From Bryobacterales bacterium (GTDB lineage Bacteria; Acidobacteriota; Terriglobia; Bryobacterales; UBA6623), in the NCBI GenBank assembly GCA_963422375.2, contig OY729427.2, positions 96,001 to 160,000 on the forward strand: a stretch of DNA of 64,000 nucleotides, given 5' to 3'. The notes under the pieces were generated by a model that ran no database searches, was not told the DNA's origin, and worked only from the letters and a program-made list of their open reading frames with translations. Within the stretch, counting starts at the first letter, position 1; each line of letters begins with the position of its first letter. A program made the position numbers and the translations under genes. Below are positions 10,961 through 20,807 of this stretch, in pieces.

Positions 10961-11427
10961 CCATTGCCGACCAACTCGTGATTGCCCGGGCACACAGCAA
11001 TCTTGGTTTGGCTCGCCCTGACACCCGATCGCTTCCTCGGCATGGAGTCGCGACCCGGAAAACTCAAGATTGTGGGATGGTTCGCGCTCACCCGTCATCA
11101 CTTCCGAATCTTGCAGTCGCGATACGAGAAACTCGCAGGGGCCGTGCCCGACCGAGACGGCTCGGTCCCCGCGGACTACTGGAACGGAACTACTGCAGGA
11201 AGAAATGGCTGGGCCAGACCAGGCGGGATGCCTGCGGAGCCGCGGCACTCTCAGCGCCGATCCCGGAAGGAAACTAATTGATCAGTTCAGGCAAGCGTCG
11301 GCGCGGGCGTCCCCAAGCGGATCTGCACCGCAGGACGGCGCGCCCCTTGCTGCCCGGCAGGAACAACGAAACTGGAATCGTCGTGCGAGCCCGGTCGCGG
11401 GCCGCGGCACAGTGGAAGAACCCCCTC

Positions 11428-12400
11428 ATGGCAGCGAAGAGCAAGATCGCCCGGAAGCAGACGTGGAAAGAGCTGGCGGTGATCGGAATCGACATCGGCA
11501 AGTGCAGCGTGCATCTGGTCAGCATGGACCGGCACGGCATGCCGCTGGTCAAGGCGAAGCGCACGAAGCAGAGGGTCGCGGAGGTGCTGGGCGCACTGCA
11601 GCCCTGCGTGATCGACATGGAGGCCTGCAGCGGGGCGCACTACCTGGGGCGGCTGCAGCGGGAGCTCCGTCGCGAGGTGCGGCTGATGCCGCCGAAGTAC
11701 GTCAAGCCGTACGTCAAGCGGGACAAGACGGACTTCGACGACCCGGAGGCCAGCCAGCGCCCGACGATGCGCTCGGTGCCGCTGAAGTCGGAAGAGCAGC
11801 TGACGATGCAGTCGCTGCACCGGCTGCGCTCGCGGCTGGCGCGCGCGTCGGCCCGATCAGCCAGATCCGCGGCGTCCTGCCAGAGCGGGAAATCGCGGTG
11901 TCGCAGGGCACGACCAAGCTGGCCGCGGCCCTGCCGGGCATCCTCGAGGATGTCGGCGACGGTCATTCGGACCGTATGCGCGCGATGGTCGCCAGCAGGG
12001 TCGTCGAGTGGGAGGAGCTGGACCGGCGCGAGGCGGAGCTCAACGGTGAGGTGGCGCGGGAGTGCAAGGGGAACGAGGCCTGCCGCAGGCTGGACGAGAT
12101 CGCGGGCATCGGCCCGCTGATCGCGACCGCGCCGGTGGGGGCAGCCGGCGACGGGGCGGCCTTCGAGCGGGCCCGGGACTTCACGGCTTGGTTGGGGCTG
12201 ACGCCCCGCGAGGACGCGACCGGCGGCAAGCGGCGCCTGGGCCGTCCCCAGCAAGGGTGAGCGCTTCCGCTCGGCTCCGGAGATCGCCGCCCGGGGGCGC
12301 CCGACGGCTGCCCGGCGCTCCGCGCCGGCGGTCGCGAGCGGCGGCCGGACAAGCCGGCCGCCGCGGAGCACCCGCGAGACGGGGCGCGAGCCCCGCATTT
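11428..12400 (+). pseudogene. IS110-family (IS1111-type) recombinase, frameshifted
   Basis: VIGIDIGK, MEACSGAHY, VRLMPPKYVKPYVKRDKTD, RPTMRSVPLKS.EQ, IAGIGPLIATA, AWLGLTPRE..TGGK.RLG. Several frameshifts and deletions. Confidence 0.9.
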
Positions 12401-12424
12401 CGCCCGCACATGCGAATCGAAGGA

Positions 12425-12565
12425 CCAACGGTCGCACCGTCGTTGCGGGACCCTGCCTGTTTGGATGGCCCTCGGAGGTCAGCGGCATTATCGGAAGTGT
12501 GAAGCGCGGAACACATCGTGGCCCGGGACCGGCAAGGCTCTGGGAGGTCGGATCTATTCGCGCGG
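12425..12565 (+). ncRNA. Putative seekRNA/bridge-RNA-encoding non-coding end of the IS1111-type element
   Basis: Downstream of the recombinase. The block order CGGTC.CACCG..., CCTG, GGCCCTCGGAGGTC, GCGCGGAACACATC.TGGCC, GAGGTCGGATCTAT resembles IS1111 right-end non-coding regions as I recall them. Not model-verified. Confidence 0.45.
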
Positions 12566-13009
12566 TTCCGTTCCGTCCGGAAAGACGCTGGCGCAGGTAC
12601 CAGACGGCGAACCAAATGTCCGAACATCGGCCGTTTTAGGTTGTCCAAGAGGCTCGCACCGCAGCCGACCGGGACGGTGTGGCCGGGGCGACGAGCTGGC
12701 CGCAGGGACACGCAGACGGCCTTGGGGCGAGCAGCCGCGGACGCATGGATCGGGGCCTTGGCGCCGGCACATTCGAGTGGGAGACCGGTGTCGCCGGTGA
12801 CTGCGCCTAGCACGTCGACCAGCCGACGGGGACGGGTGCCGGGAGCGGCGCGGTCTACGCCGGGGAGGGCCGTCGGCGGCCGCGACTGCGGACGCTCTCC
12901 GCGAAATCCGCCGCGGTCGGTAACGGCTAGCTTGGGATCCGGTCGGCGACCGTGGCCGGGTCCGGGCGCCGGGGAAGCCCGCGCTCCCAAAGCGGCGGCC
13001 GCGTTACGC

Positions 13010-13275
13010 CCCTGCCGGGCGCGGTTGAGGTCCTCAGTCAGCGGCCCGTACACCTCGTCGCGGGCCCGCGTGGATTGGCGCAGCAGGCTGACGGTGAGGG
13101 TGCCCGCGGCCGGGTCCTAGCGCAGGTCGGACTCGCTGCAGAACAACGCCTGCACCGGCTCGCGGGCCGTCTGGGGCTTGGCCGGCTCGGGCGCGACTAC
13201 GGCCGCCTCGGGCCGGAAGGCCGCCATGCGCACAGTCGCGAGGAGGTGGTGGCGCAGCGGTTCGGGCAGGGTCAT
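13010..13275 (-). pseudogene. C-terminal fragment of a putative transposase
   Basis: LPEPLRHHLLATVRMAAFRPE...QTAREPVQALFCSESDLR*DPAAGTLTVSLLRQSTRARD...LTEDLN, with an internal stop. Resembles the C-termini of a widespread 'putative transposase' family. Confidence 0.5.
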
Positions 13276-13342
13276 CACCTAGTCCTCCGGGTTCGGCTCG
13301 CCCGCCAAGATCTGCTGCCGACACTGGCTCATGCCCCATGCC

Positions 13343-15938
13343 CAGCAGTTCTAGATTTGGCCATAAAGGTGGTGGATGAACGTTGTTTCGGAGGATGAGG
13401 TGAACAAGTTGACCGAGAGGTCGCGCTTCGAAGGCCGCCCCGCGGGAGTGTCGGACGGCTGGCAGGGCTGTGTCGCGATCCCGCGACGGGTCCGCCTGGT
13501 GCCAGGCCCGCGGGCGGACGCACTCCGGCGGTAGCCTGCTGCCGCAGCCGGCCGCTCGCCGGACGCTGCCGAGGCGAAGCTGCGCGGAGGCTAGGCCCCG
13601 GCCGACTGGCAGCGCGGCGGCGCGCGTCCGTCGCGCACCGCCGCCAGCAGAGCCCGCCAGTCCGGGAAGCGGTATCAGCGCAGCGCGACCCTCAGCTCCT
13701 TGAACAAGTCGCGGCGCGTGACCCGCTTGCACCGGCACTGCCGCCACAGCGCGCAGACGCACTGCAGCACCGCATGGAGCACGAAGGCGAACAGGCTCAG
13801 CACAACCGTCACGTTGGCCGGCGCGGCCTTGCCGTGCCCGAAGTTGCAGCCGTGCCGCGCCAAGCAGTTGAAGCCCTCGTTCTCGATCTTCCAGCGCGCC
13901 CAGCCGACCCGCGCGATCCGCTCCGCGTTGTCCGTGGTGACCGCGAGACTGGTGAAGAACCAGTTGGCGTAGGTACGCTTGCCGCCGCGCTCCGCGGCGT
14001 ACTCGATCCAAGTGCTCGGCCGGGTCCGGGCCGCGGCAGCCAGCCGGTCGATTGCACTGCGCCGCGCGCCTGCCGATTCTCTGGCACCTCGTACGAGTCC
14101 TTGTGGGATCCGGGCTTGCATACCCGGACCTGATTACCAACGAACGTCAGCCGAGGATATGCTATACTGAAGGAGGTCGGAAATCTCTGACAGGAAAGGG
14201 GCTAGCAGCTGAAACGCAATCGCGTGCAATGCCAGAAGGGACTCAGCCCGGGCAAGTTCCTGCAGCGCTACGGCAGCGAGGGGCAATGCGAGCAGGCCGT
14301 TTTCAACGCCCGCCGGCCGGACGGCTTCCGCTGCCCGGAGTGCGGCTCCCGGCGGCACTGCCGCATCCGCTCCCGCAAGCTCCGGCAGTGCCATGCCTGC
14401 CACCGCCGGACCTCCCTCGTCGCCGGCACGATCTTCGCCGCCAGCAAGCTGCCGCTGACCGTCCGGTTCCTGGCGCTCCACCTGCTGACGCAGGGCAAGC
14501 ACGGCGTTTCGTCGCTGGAACTGGCGCGTCAGCCGGGCGTCAGCCGGAATACCGCCTGGAAGGTGAAGCACAAGCTCCTGCCAGTGCTGAAGGAGCGCGA
14601 CGAGCGCGTGCCGCCGGGCGGCATCGTGCAGGTGGACGATGCCTACTGGGGCCTGCTGGGGCGGGGAGCGGAGCGGCGGCAAGAGCGCGGTCGCGGCGCG
14701 GCGGGCAAGACGCCGTTCGTGGCCGCCGTGCAGGTCACCGCCGCCGGCCAGCCGGCAAGGATGCGCATGAGCAGCGTGGCCAGCGTGGCGGGCTTCCGCA
14801 AGAAGACGCTGGCAGCGTGGGCCGGGCGGCACTTGCAGCCCGGCACGAAGGTGCATTCCGACGGCCCGGCCTGCTTCCGGGGCGTCGCCGACGCCGGCTG
14901 CGAGCACGTGCCGACCGTCACCGGAGGCGGGCAGCGGAGCTGCGGGGATTCCCGCTTCGTCCGGGTCAACACGATGCCGGGGAACGTCAAGCAGTCCCTG
15001 GCGGGAACCTGCCATGCGCTCGACGGCAAGCACCTGCCGCGGTACCTCGCCGAGTTCCGCTACCGCTTCAACCGCCGCTACGATCTGGAGGTGCTGGTCC
15101 CCCGCCTGCTCCACGCCTCCGTGCGCACCCCGCCCATGCCTTACCGCCTCCTAACCTTGGCTGAGTCTTGTGGGTAATCAGGTACCCGGATGTAGTCCAC
15201 ATGCCAGCGGCCTCGCAGACCGGCTGGCAACAGTACAGGTCGTCGCCCGGCAGGACGGGGCGGTAGGCCTGCAGCCAGGCGCCGTGAGCGGCGATCCAGC
15301 GCTTGGCGGCGTTGCGCTCGCAGTCCTGCTTGCGCTCGTCCTCGCTCATGTCGGCGCGGGTCGCGGCCGCGTCCTGCTGCGGGCGCACGAACTCGGGCAT
15401 CAGCGGCAGGACGGTGGCGTGGCCGTCGGCCACCGCGGTGGCCGCGACCATGGTGTGGAAGTGATGCGGCCGGCGCTCGTCGAGGCGCTGGAAGGGCTCG
15501 AGCGCGCCCTGCGCGGCCACGGTTTCGAGGCACAGCCGGAACGGCGGGTCGAACGCGGCCGGGTCGAGGCCGTCGAGCAAGTTGCGGATCCGGTGGGCGC
15601 AGGGGATGCGGCCCACGCCGAACAGGGTCCGGCAGTTGGAGCGGGAGCCGTCCCGCTCCATGCTCCGCTGGAATTCGAGGAACGACTCGCACTGGGTGAA
15701 GAAGCAGGCCAGGGCGCAACCGGCGGCGTCGCTGACCAAGTAGCGCGTGTTGCGACCCGTGCGCCGGTCGGGCAGGCCGGCGGCCGTCTCGCGGATGGCG
15801 CTCGGCAGCGCGTCCAAGACATGCGACATACATCCCAACTCGCAGATTGCGCGTCAAGCACCTGCCTGCGCCAGCCTGCCTTCGACACCCTTCTGAGACT
15901 CTCTGGAAATCCCAGAATGCCCAAATTGAGAATCGCTG
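13343..15938 (-). mobile_element. Decayed ISNCY-type element, interrupted by IS1595 copy 1
   Basis: N-half 15190-15838: LPDRRTGRNTRY..SDAA..A..FFTQ..SFLEFQR...SNCRTLFGV. C-half 13675-14120: ARWKIENEGFNCL...NFGHG. Imperfect TIRs CAGCAGTTCTAGATTTGGCCAT / CAGCGATTCTCAATTTGGGCAT (17/22). Confidence 0.75.
14129..15182 (+). mobile_element. IS1595-family element, copy 1 (start codon mutated to CTG)
   Basis: TIRs CCTGATTACC.../...GGTAATCAGG. Exact 8-bp TSD TACCCGGA at 14121-14128 and 15183-15190. Zinc ribbon plus VDDAY, SDG and YLAEF.YRFNRR. Confidence 0.95.
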
Positions 15939-15980
15939 AGTTTCGACAAGGGCGTTCACAGACCGGCGAACCTGACGCGC

Positions 15981-16483
15981 TTGGAAGAGCTGCTCGCGTG
16001 CAACGCGATGCCGCGGAAGGGTCGTCTGTCGAAGGCAGCGAATGAGACTGAGGGTGCGCCGGAATTCGTGGCTGCGAGGCAGGCGCACACGGCCGTGGAG
16101 TCCGCGATCAACAATTTGGAGTGTCGCGGTCCGGACCGGGGAACGGAGGGATTCGAGCGGATGATCGGACTGGCCGCGAATGTTCATCGAGTGGGCCGGA
16201 TCCTGCGCCACAGAGAGCGGGAGGGTCTCAAGGCAAGGCGCTTGCTGCTGGCTGCATAGGCAGCCGGAAGCGATCTGGATTGCCTAAACTGGAACCTTGA
16301 AGAGACCAAGTTCACGAAACGTGTTCAACCAAAAGACAACTGACTGTATCCTCATATTGGCAGTGGAATACGAGGCGATGATTTCGAGTAATTGGTCGTA
16401 GTCTGTTCCTTCTGTAGAAATCATCTAGCCGCGTTCTATCGGCTAGAATCCACGAAAACTCAGGGTTTTGTCGAAAGCACTAG
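15981..16483 (+). pseudogene. 3' remnant of a DDE transposase (ISNCY/IS5-like) with its right end
   Basis: PRKGRLS...F.AARQAH.AVESAINNLE.RG.DR..GFER..AANVHRVG. Distal GGGTTTTGTCGAAAGCACTA resembles an IS end. Confidence 0.65.
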
Positions 16484-16493
16484 TCTAGGACCC

Positions 16494-19400
16494 CTACGGG
16501 GCAATGTCCGTGCCGAAGGCTCCATGCACTTGTAACGTGGACACCGTCCCTTTCCACTCCCCGAACAGCCCAAGAGGCCCGTCGAAGGAATCGCCGACAA
16601 ACCTAGCCTTAAGCTGCGCTTCTGAAATCCCCATTGCGGTGCTGATCGTTACTTCCTCCGCCAGATTGGTAGTGGTTGTGAATTTGATTTTATTATTTCG
16701 AAGCAGTCCGGTATCGCTTCCAACCCCCCTGAATTCGCTCATACTGACACTCATTGTGTCATTTCCCTCCGGATCCCACTCCACTTCTGCCGTCACGTTA
16801 CCTATGTGGAAGGAAACAGTATCGCCGGAGTGTTTCACGATCACTTGGGTTTTCCCTGAATACTGTGCCGTGAAAGAAAGATGCTTGAGATCGTCATTCA
16901 GTGAGGGCGCCAACGGACTGTAGGCGAATGCTGCGAATGCCAGCTCGTCGCTATTTTTGCTCTCCTTTGGAATGTGCCAAGCACCGAAGCGGGTGAACTT
17001 GGTACCTCTGAGATAGAAGTCTCCAATCTTAACAGACACATCACTACCTCTCCGTATGTTGATAGGAGTAGAAGTACCGGAGCCTGTGCCCCAGTCCATG
17101 AAAATCTGCTCGTAAGAGGTGCTTTTACCGCTGAGTTGCAATTGTGCGAGTGTAAGTTTCGTCTGATCTCGGTCATGGGAAACATAGGAAATCTCTGTGG
17201 CAGGTTGGCCCTGTACTTGAACTTCGGATACGGAAGTCGGATTCGGGGCTGGTTTGGCGTTTGACAAGGTCCCAGGCAGAGCCTTTCGAGCCGGGCTGTC
17301 CACACCGAACGCTCCGTACAGCTTTTCTTTGTTGTCTCCGAAACCCACGGACCACGTGCCAAAGGCATCTGTGGCGTCCTCTCTGATAAACTGACCGTAC
17401 AATCTATCGCTTTGCGGCGAAATTTCCGTTTTATCAACGCTGAATTTGCCTTCTTGACGCTCCAACTTGGCATCCGGGAGCTCGACTGTTCCTACCAGAG
17501 TTCCCCGTACCTTAAGGGCCCCCCCCCGTGCGTTCTTCAATGCGCTGACCTTGCCTTCGACGAGACTGCTGCTGAACGTGGCGACAAGTTCGATTGTTCC
17601 GTTATATGTCTTTGGATGTTCTTTGTTTGGCAGGCTGCTCAAGACTGCTACGGTGTTGCCCGTATAGGTATATTGTCCCCGTGCGGGCAGGCTTTCGGTC
17701 GAACTCAGTTGCTCAAGCGTGCTGTACGCGAACGAGCCGACAGCCCATTCATTATCGATGGTTTTGCGATTCGCGTACCCAACGAAACGCGTGTCGTCAG
17801 TGTGTCCGAAGACAAGTTTCGAGGTGACTGTTTCGAAGTCGCTGCTCGCGATTCCATAGTCTTGTGATGTCGACGCACTCGAAAGGGAGTCTGCTACCAG
17901 TTGCAAGTCCTCTATCAAGCTGTCGAATTGCCTGAGGCTTGTCGGTGAAGTCGATGGGAAGTTGCGGGCACCCGGAATGCGGTGGAACGCATGCGACGCC
18001 TCTTTCAAGACGCGGCTTGGGCTCAAAGTGCTCTTACCCTTGAGATAGTCGTCAGGGTTGATTTCGTACAGCGGCCTGTAGCGTTGAAGCTTCTCGATTG
18101 CCTCCTCGATTGCTACCTTTGCCGCGTCCCCTGCTCTGGACTCTATTCTGACGAGATTCTCGCTAACAAGAAGGTCGTCCATCGAATAGTCGACCACGTT
18201 CTCATCTGGGCCGACAGCGAGAATGCTGCCATCGCCTTTCCTATGCCTAGTCGCTCCTGCTCCGCTACGCAAGCCGAAGCCGACATCATCATCATCGCCC
18301 ACGGACAGGCTATCCTCGAACGACCTAATCGTATCTGTGTCACCGGTGCCTGAACCGGAACCCAAGTCGACGATTGGCAGGGATATCGAGCGTACGGCCC
18401 TCCACCCGCTGGAGCCTCGGGTGAGGCGATAGCGCACTCCGTCGACGGTATAAGTCCGCCCCGAACGGATCGTCCTGCCGTTCCAAGTGTACGATCCGTC
18501 AGCCCGCTTCGACAGCGTGATCGAGTCCCCGGAGGGGAGATCCACAATCTCCTTGCCCGCCCTGAAGCGAGCTGTCCAGCGACGGCCCCTAAGCGTCAGC
18601 TCGTACTCGTTGCCATCCGCAGTCACAATATCGCCACTGCGGATTTGTCGACCCGCGAACCAATAGGTGCCGTCCTGAACTCGAACGATCGGAATGCTGA
18701 ACTGTGAGTCCGTCACTGTGACTGTGATGACTTCCGGCACGTACTCGGCACTCCACTGCCCGTTAGCCAGCGTCAAGCGATAGACGTCGCCATTGGCAGC
18801 AGTGTGCGTTCCCCCGCTCTGGAAGGCAGAGCCCGACAGCCAGTACGTGCCATTTTCTTCTTGCACCAATATCACGCGCACGCCGCTATTCCCGAGAACG
18901 ACCGGTATCTCTCTCGGCTCAAACTGCGCACTCCACGTGCCGCCGGACCTCGTCAGGCGATAGACGTTTCCGTTCTCCGTAGTGCGGCTGTCCCCCACGA
19001 CTAGCGGCGTTTCGTCCGCGCTGTAACTCCCGTCTTCTTGTATTGTCACGACCAACGATTCGCCGCTTCGCCCAAGGGCAACGGTCTGCCCTGGCGGCGG
19101 CACCCACTCGTAAGTCCATTCGCCGCCAGCCAGAGTCAGACGGTATTTTTGCGACCGCACCGTCCAAGTCTCGCCGGACGCGAACTGCAGGCCGTTGGCG
19201 CGGTAGGTGCCATCCTCGTTCCGCTGGAAGACTACACGGAAACCGCTACGGCCAAGTGTCAGCGAGAATGGTTCTGGAGCTACGTACTCGGCGCGCCAGC
19301 TGCCATTAGCGAAGGTGAGGGTGTAACGGCTGCCGTTCGCCGCCGTCCACTGGCCTCCGTTCTCGAATCTAGTATCCCCAGCCTGGAAGCTACCGTCTTG

Positions 19401-20474
19401 ATTCCGGGTCGCGGTAAGTTGCAGGCCGCTCTTGCCCAAGGTGATCACAGCAGGGGGGGGCGGCTGGTATGTCGCAGTCCACGTGCCGCCCGTCAGAGTC
19501 AGCCTGTACTTGCCTCCGTTCGACGACGTAACCTCCCCGCCGCTCGCGATATCGACCTGCCCGGCCCCATAGGTACCATCTTCGTTCCGCGCGAGCGTCA
19601 CTTGGTCGCCGCTCCCTCCCAAGGCGACGGTCTGGGCCGCGGGAGCGATGTACTCCGGCACCCACTCTCCGTTGATCAGCGAGAGCGTGTAGCGGCTGCC
19701 GTTCACCGCCGTCACCGCGGCCCCGCTCTCGAACCTCTGCCCCAATGCCTCGTAGCTGCCGTCTTCATGCCGTGTCACGACCACCTGGCTGCCGCTCTTG
19801 CCAAGAATGACGACCGCGGGCGCCGGCGGCTCGTATGTCGCAGACCACCCCCCATCAGCCAGCGTCAGCCTGTACTGGCCACCATTTGACGACGTGACAA
19901 CCTCGCCATCGGCGATGTCGGCCTGCCCGGCCCGGAAAGTACCATCTTCGTTCCGCGCGAGCGTCACTTGGTCGCCGCTCCCTCCCAAGGCGACGGTCTG
20001 GGCCGCGGGAGCGATGTACTCCGGCACCCACTCTCCGTCGACCAGCGAGAGCGTGTAGCGGCTGCCGTTCTCCGCCGTGACCTGTCCCTTCTTCTGGAAT
20101 CTCTCATTTCCGGCTTGGTAGCTGCCGTCCTCGTGCCGCGTCACCGTCACTTGGTGACCGCTCTGGCCCAAGGTGACGGTCTCAGGGGGAGGCGGCTCGT
20201 ATTCCGCCGTCCACCTGCCGTTCGCCAGCGTGAGCGCGTAGTCCTGGCCGTTGGATCCCTTGACCGTGTGTCCGCTCGTGATCGCTTGGCCGTTCAGCGT
20301 GTATCGGCCAGCCTGAGACTGAAGAGTGATCGTGCCCCCGAAGCTGCCCAGCGTGACGTTCACGGGAATAGGCTGCGGGGGAGGAGGAGCGCTCGACTTC
20401 GATCCGCCGCACGCAGTCAAGCAGATCGCCAAGACGGCAAACGGGACAATGCGGTCCAACTTCAGAACACTCAT
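16494..20474 (-). CDS. Large surface lipoprotein: eleven ~60-aa repeats plus two TbpB-like beta-barrel lobes (1326 aa)
   Basis: Start MSVLKLDRIVPFAVLAICLTAC|GG (lipobox), then a Pro-rich linker and 11 repeats. C-terminal lobes carry FAYS[TP]L, Y.G.T, and FVGDSFDGPLGLFGEW...GAFG, matching the 4.3-7.3 kb paralogue. Confidence 0.75.
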   Translation of the reverse strand: MSVLKLDRIVPFAVLAICLTACGGSKSSAPPPPQPIPVNVTLGSFGGTITLQSQAGRYTLNGQAITSGHTVKGSNGQDYALTLANGRWTAEYEPPPPETVTLGQSGHQVTVTRHEDGSYQAGNERFQKKGQVTAENGSRYTLSLVDGEWVPEYIAPAAQTVALGGSGDQVTLARNEDGTFRAGQADIADGEVVTSSNGGQYRLTLADGGWSATYEPPAPAVVILGKSGSQVVVTRHEDGSYEALGQRFESGAAVTAVNGSRYTLSLINGEWVPEYIAPAAQTVALGGSGDQVTLARNEDGTYGAGQVDIASGGEVTSSNGGKYRLTLTGGTWTATYQPPPPAVITLGKSGLQLTATRNQDGSFQAGDTRFENGGQWTAANGSRYTLTFANGSWRAEYVAPEPFSLTLGRSGFRVVFQRNEDGTYRANGLQFASGETWTVRSQKYRLTLAGGEWTYEWVPPPGQTVALGRSGESLVVTIQEDGSYSADETPLVVGDSRTTENGNVYRLTRSGGTWSAQFEPREIPVVLGNSGVRVILVQEENGTYWLSGSAFQSGGTHTAANGDVYRLTLANGQWSAEYVPEVITVTVTDSQFSIPIVRVQDGTYWFAGRQIRSGDIVTADGNEYELTLRGRRWTARFRAGKEIVDLPSGDSITLSKRADGSYTWNGRTIRSGRTYTVDGVRYRLTRGSSGWRAVRSISLPIVDLGSGSGTGDTDTIRSFEDSLSVGDDDDVGFGLRSGAGATRHRKGDGSILAVGPDENVVDYSMDDLLVSENLVRIESRAGDAAKVAIEEAIEKLQRYRPLYEINPDDYLKGKSTLSPSRVLKEASHAFHRIPGARNFPSTSPTSLRQFDSLIEDLQLVADSLSSASTSQDYGIASSDFETVTSKLVFGHTDDTRFVGYANRKTIDNEWAVGSFAYSTLEQLSSTESLPARGQYTYTGNTVAVLSSLPNKEHPKTYNGTIELVATFSSSLVEGKVSALKNARGGALKVRGTLVGTVELPDAKLERQEGKFSVDKTEISPQSDRLYGQFIREDATDAFGTWSVGFGDNKEKLYGAFGVDSPARKALPGTLSNAKPAPNPTSVSEVQVQGQPATEISYVSHDRDQTKLTLAQLQLSGKSTSYEQIFMDWGTGSGTSTPINIRRGSDVSVKIGDFYLRGTKFTRFGAWHIPKESKNSDELAFAAFAYSPLAPSLNDDLKHLSFTAQYSGKTQVIVKHSGDTVSFHIGNVTAEVEWDPEGNDTMSVSMSEFRGVGSDTGLLRNNKIKFTTTTNLAEEVTISTAMGISEAQLKARFVGDSFDGPLGLFGEWKGTVSTLQVHGAFGTDIAP
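18400..20370 (-). repeat. Intragenic tandem repeat array, 11 units of ~180-183 bp
   Basis: Consensus V.LG.SG..V...R.EDG.Y...G.....G......NG..Y.LTL..G.W..EY.PP. Near-identical DNA at a 366-bp offset (~19575-19705 vs ~19940-20070). Confidence 0.9.
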
Positions 20475-20807
20475 CCTGTACTCCAATTCACTGGCTGCAT
20501 ATTTCAGCTGCTCCATTCTAGCACGATCCGACCCAGAGGAGAGGTGTGGTCTAACACAATGGCGTGCCGAACATCGAACGCACCCTCGATTTCTGGTTGG
20601 ACAGCTAAGGCTGCGGATACGTGCGCCCCCTTCAGCCCCGTCGCCGATATTCGCCCTGTCGCGCAGTCTCGGAGCAGGTCCGCTCACCAATGCCGCGTGG
20701 TGCCATGACCGTGAATCGCCCGACCGTTGCGGCAACCCGTGGGCGATTCGGCATTGCGTACGCGATCCCACACGAGGTTGCTGTCTTCTTCGGAAGCCCC
20801 TTCTATT

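Noticed and set aside
18400..20370. DGR or shufflon acting on the surface proteins
   Set aside because: No reverse transcriptase or invertase, no adenine-specific template/variable pair, and no inverted cassettes; the repeats are in-frame direct repeats.
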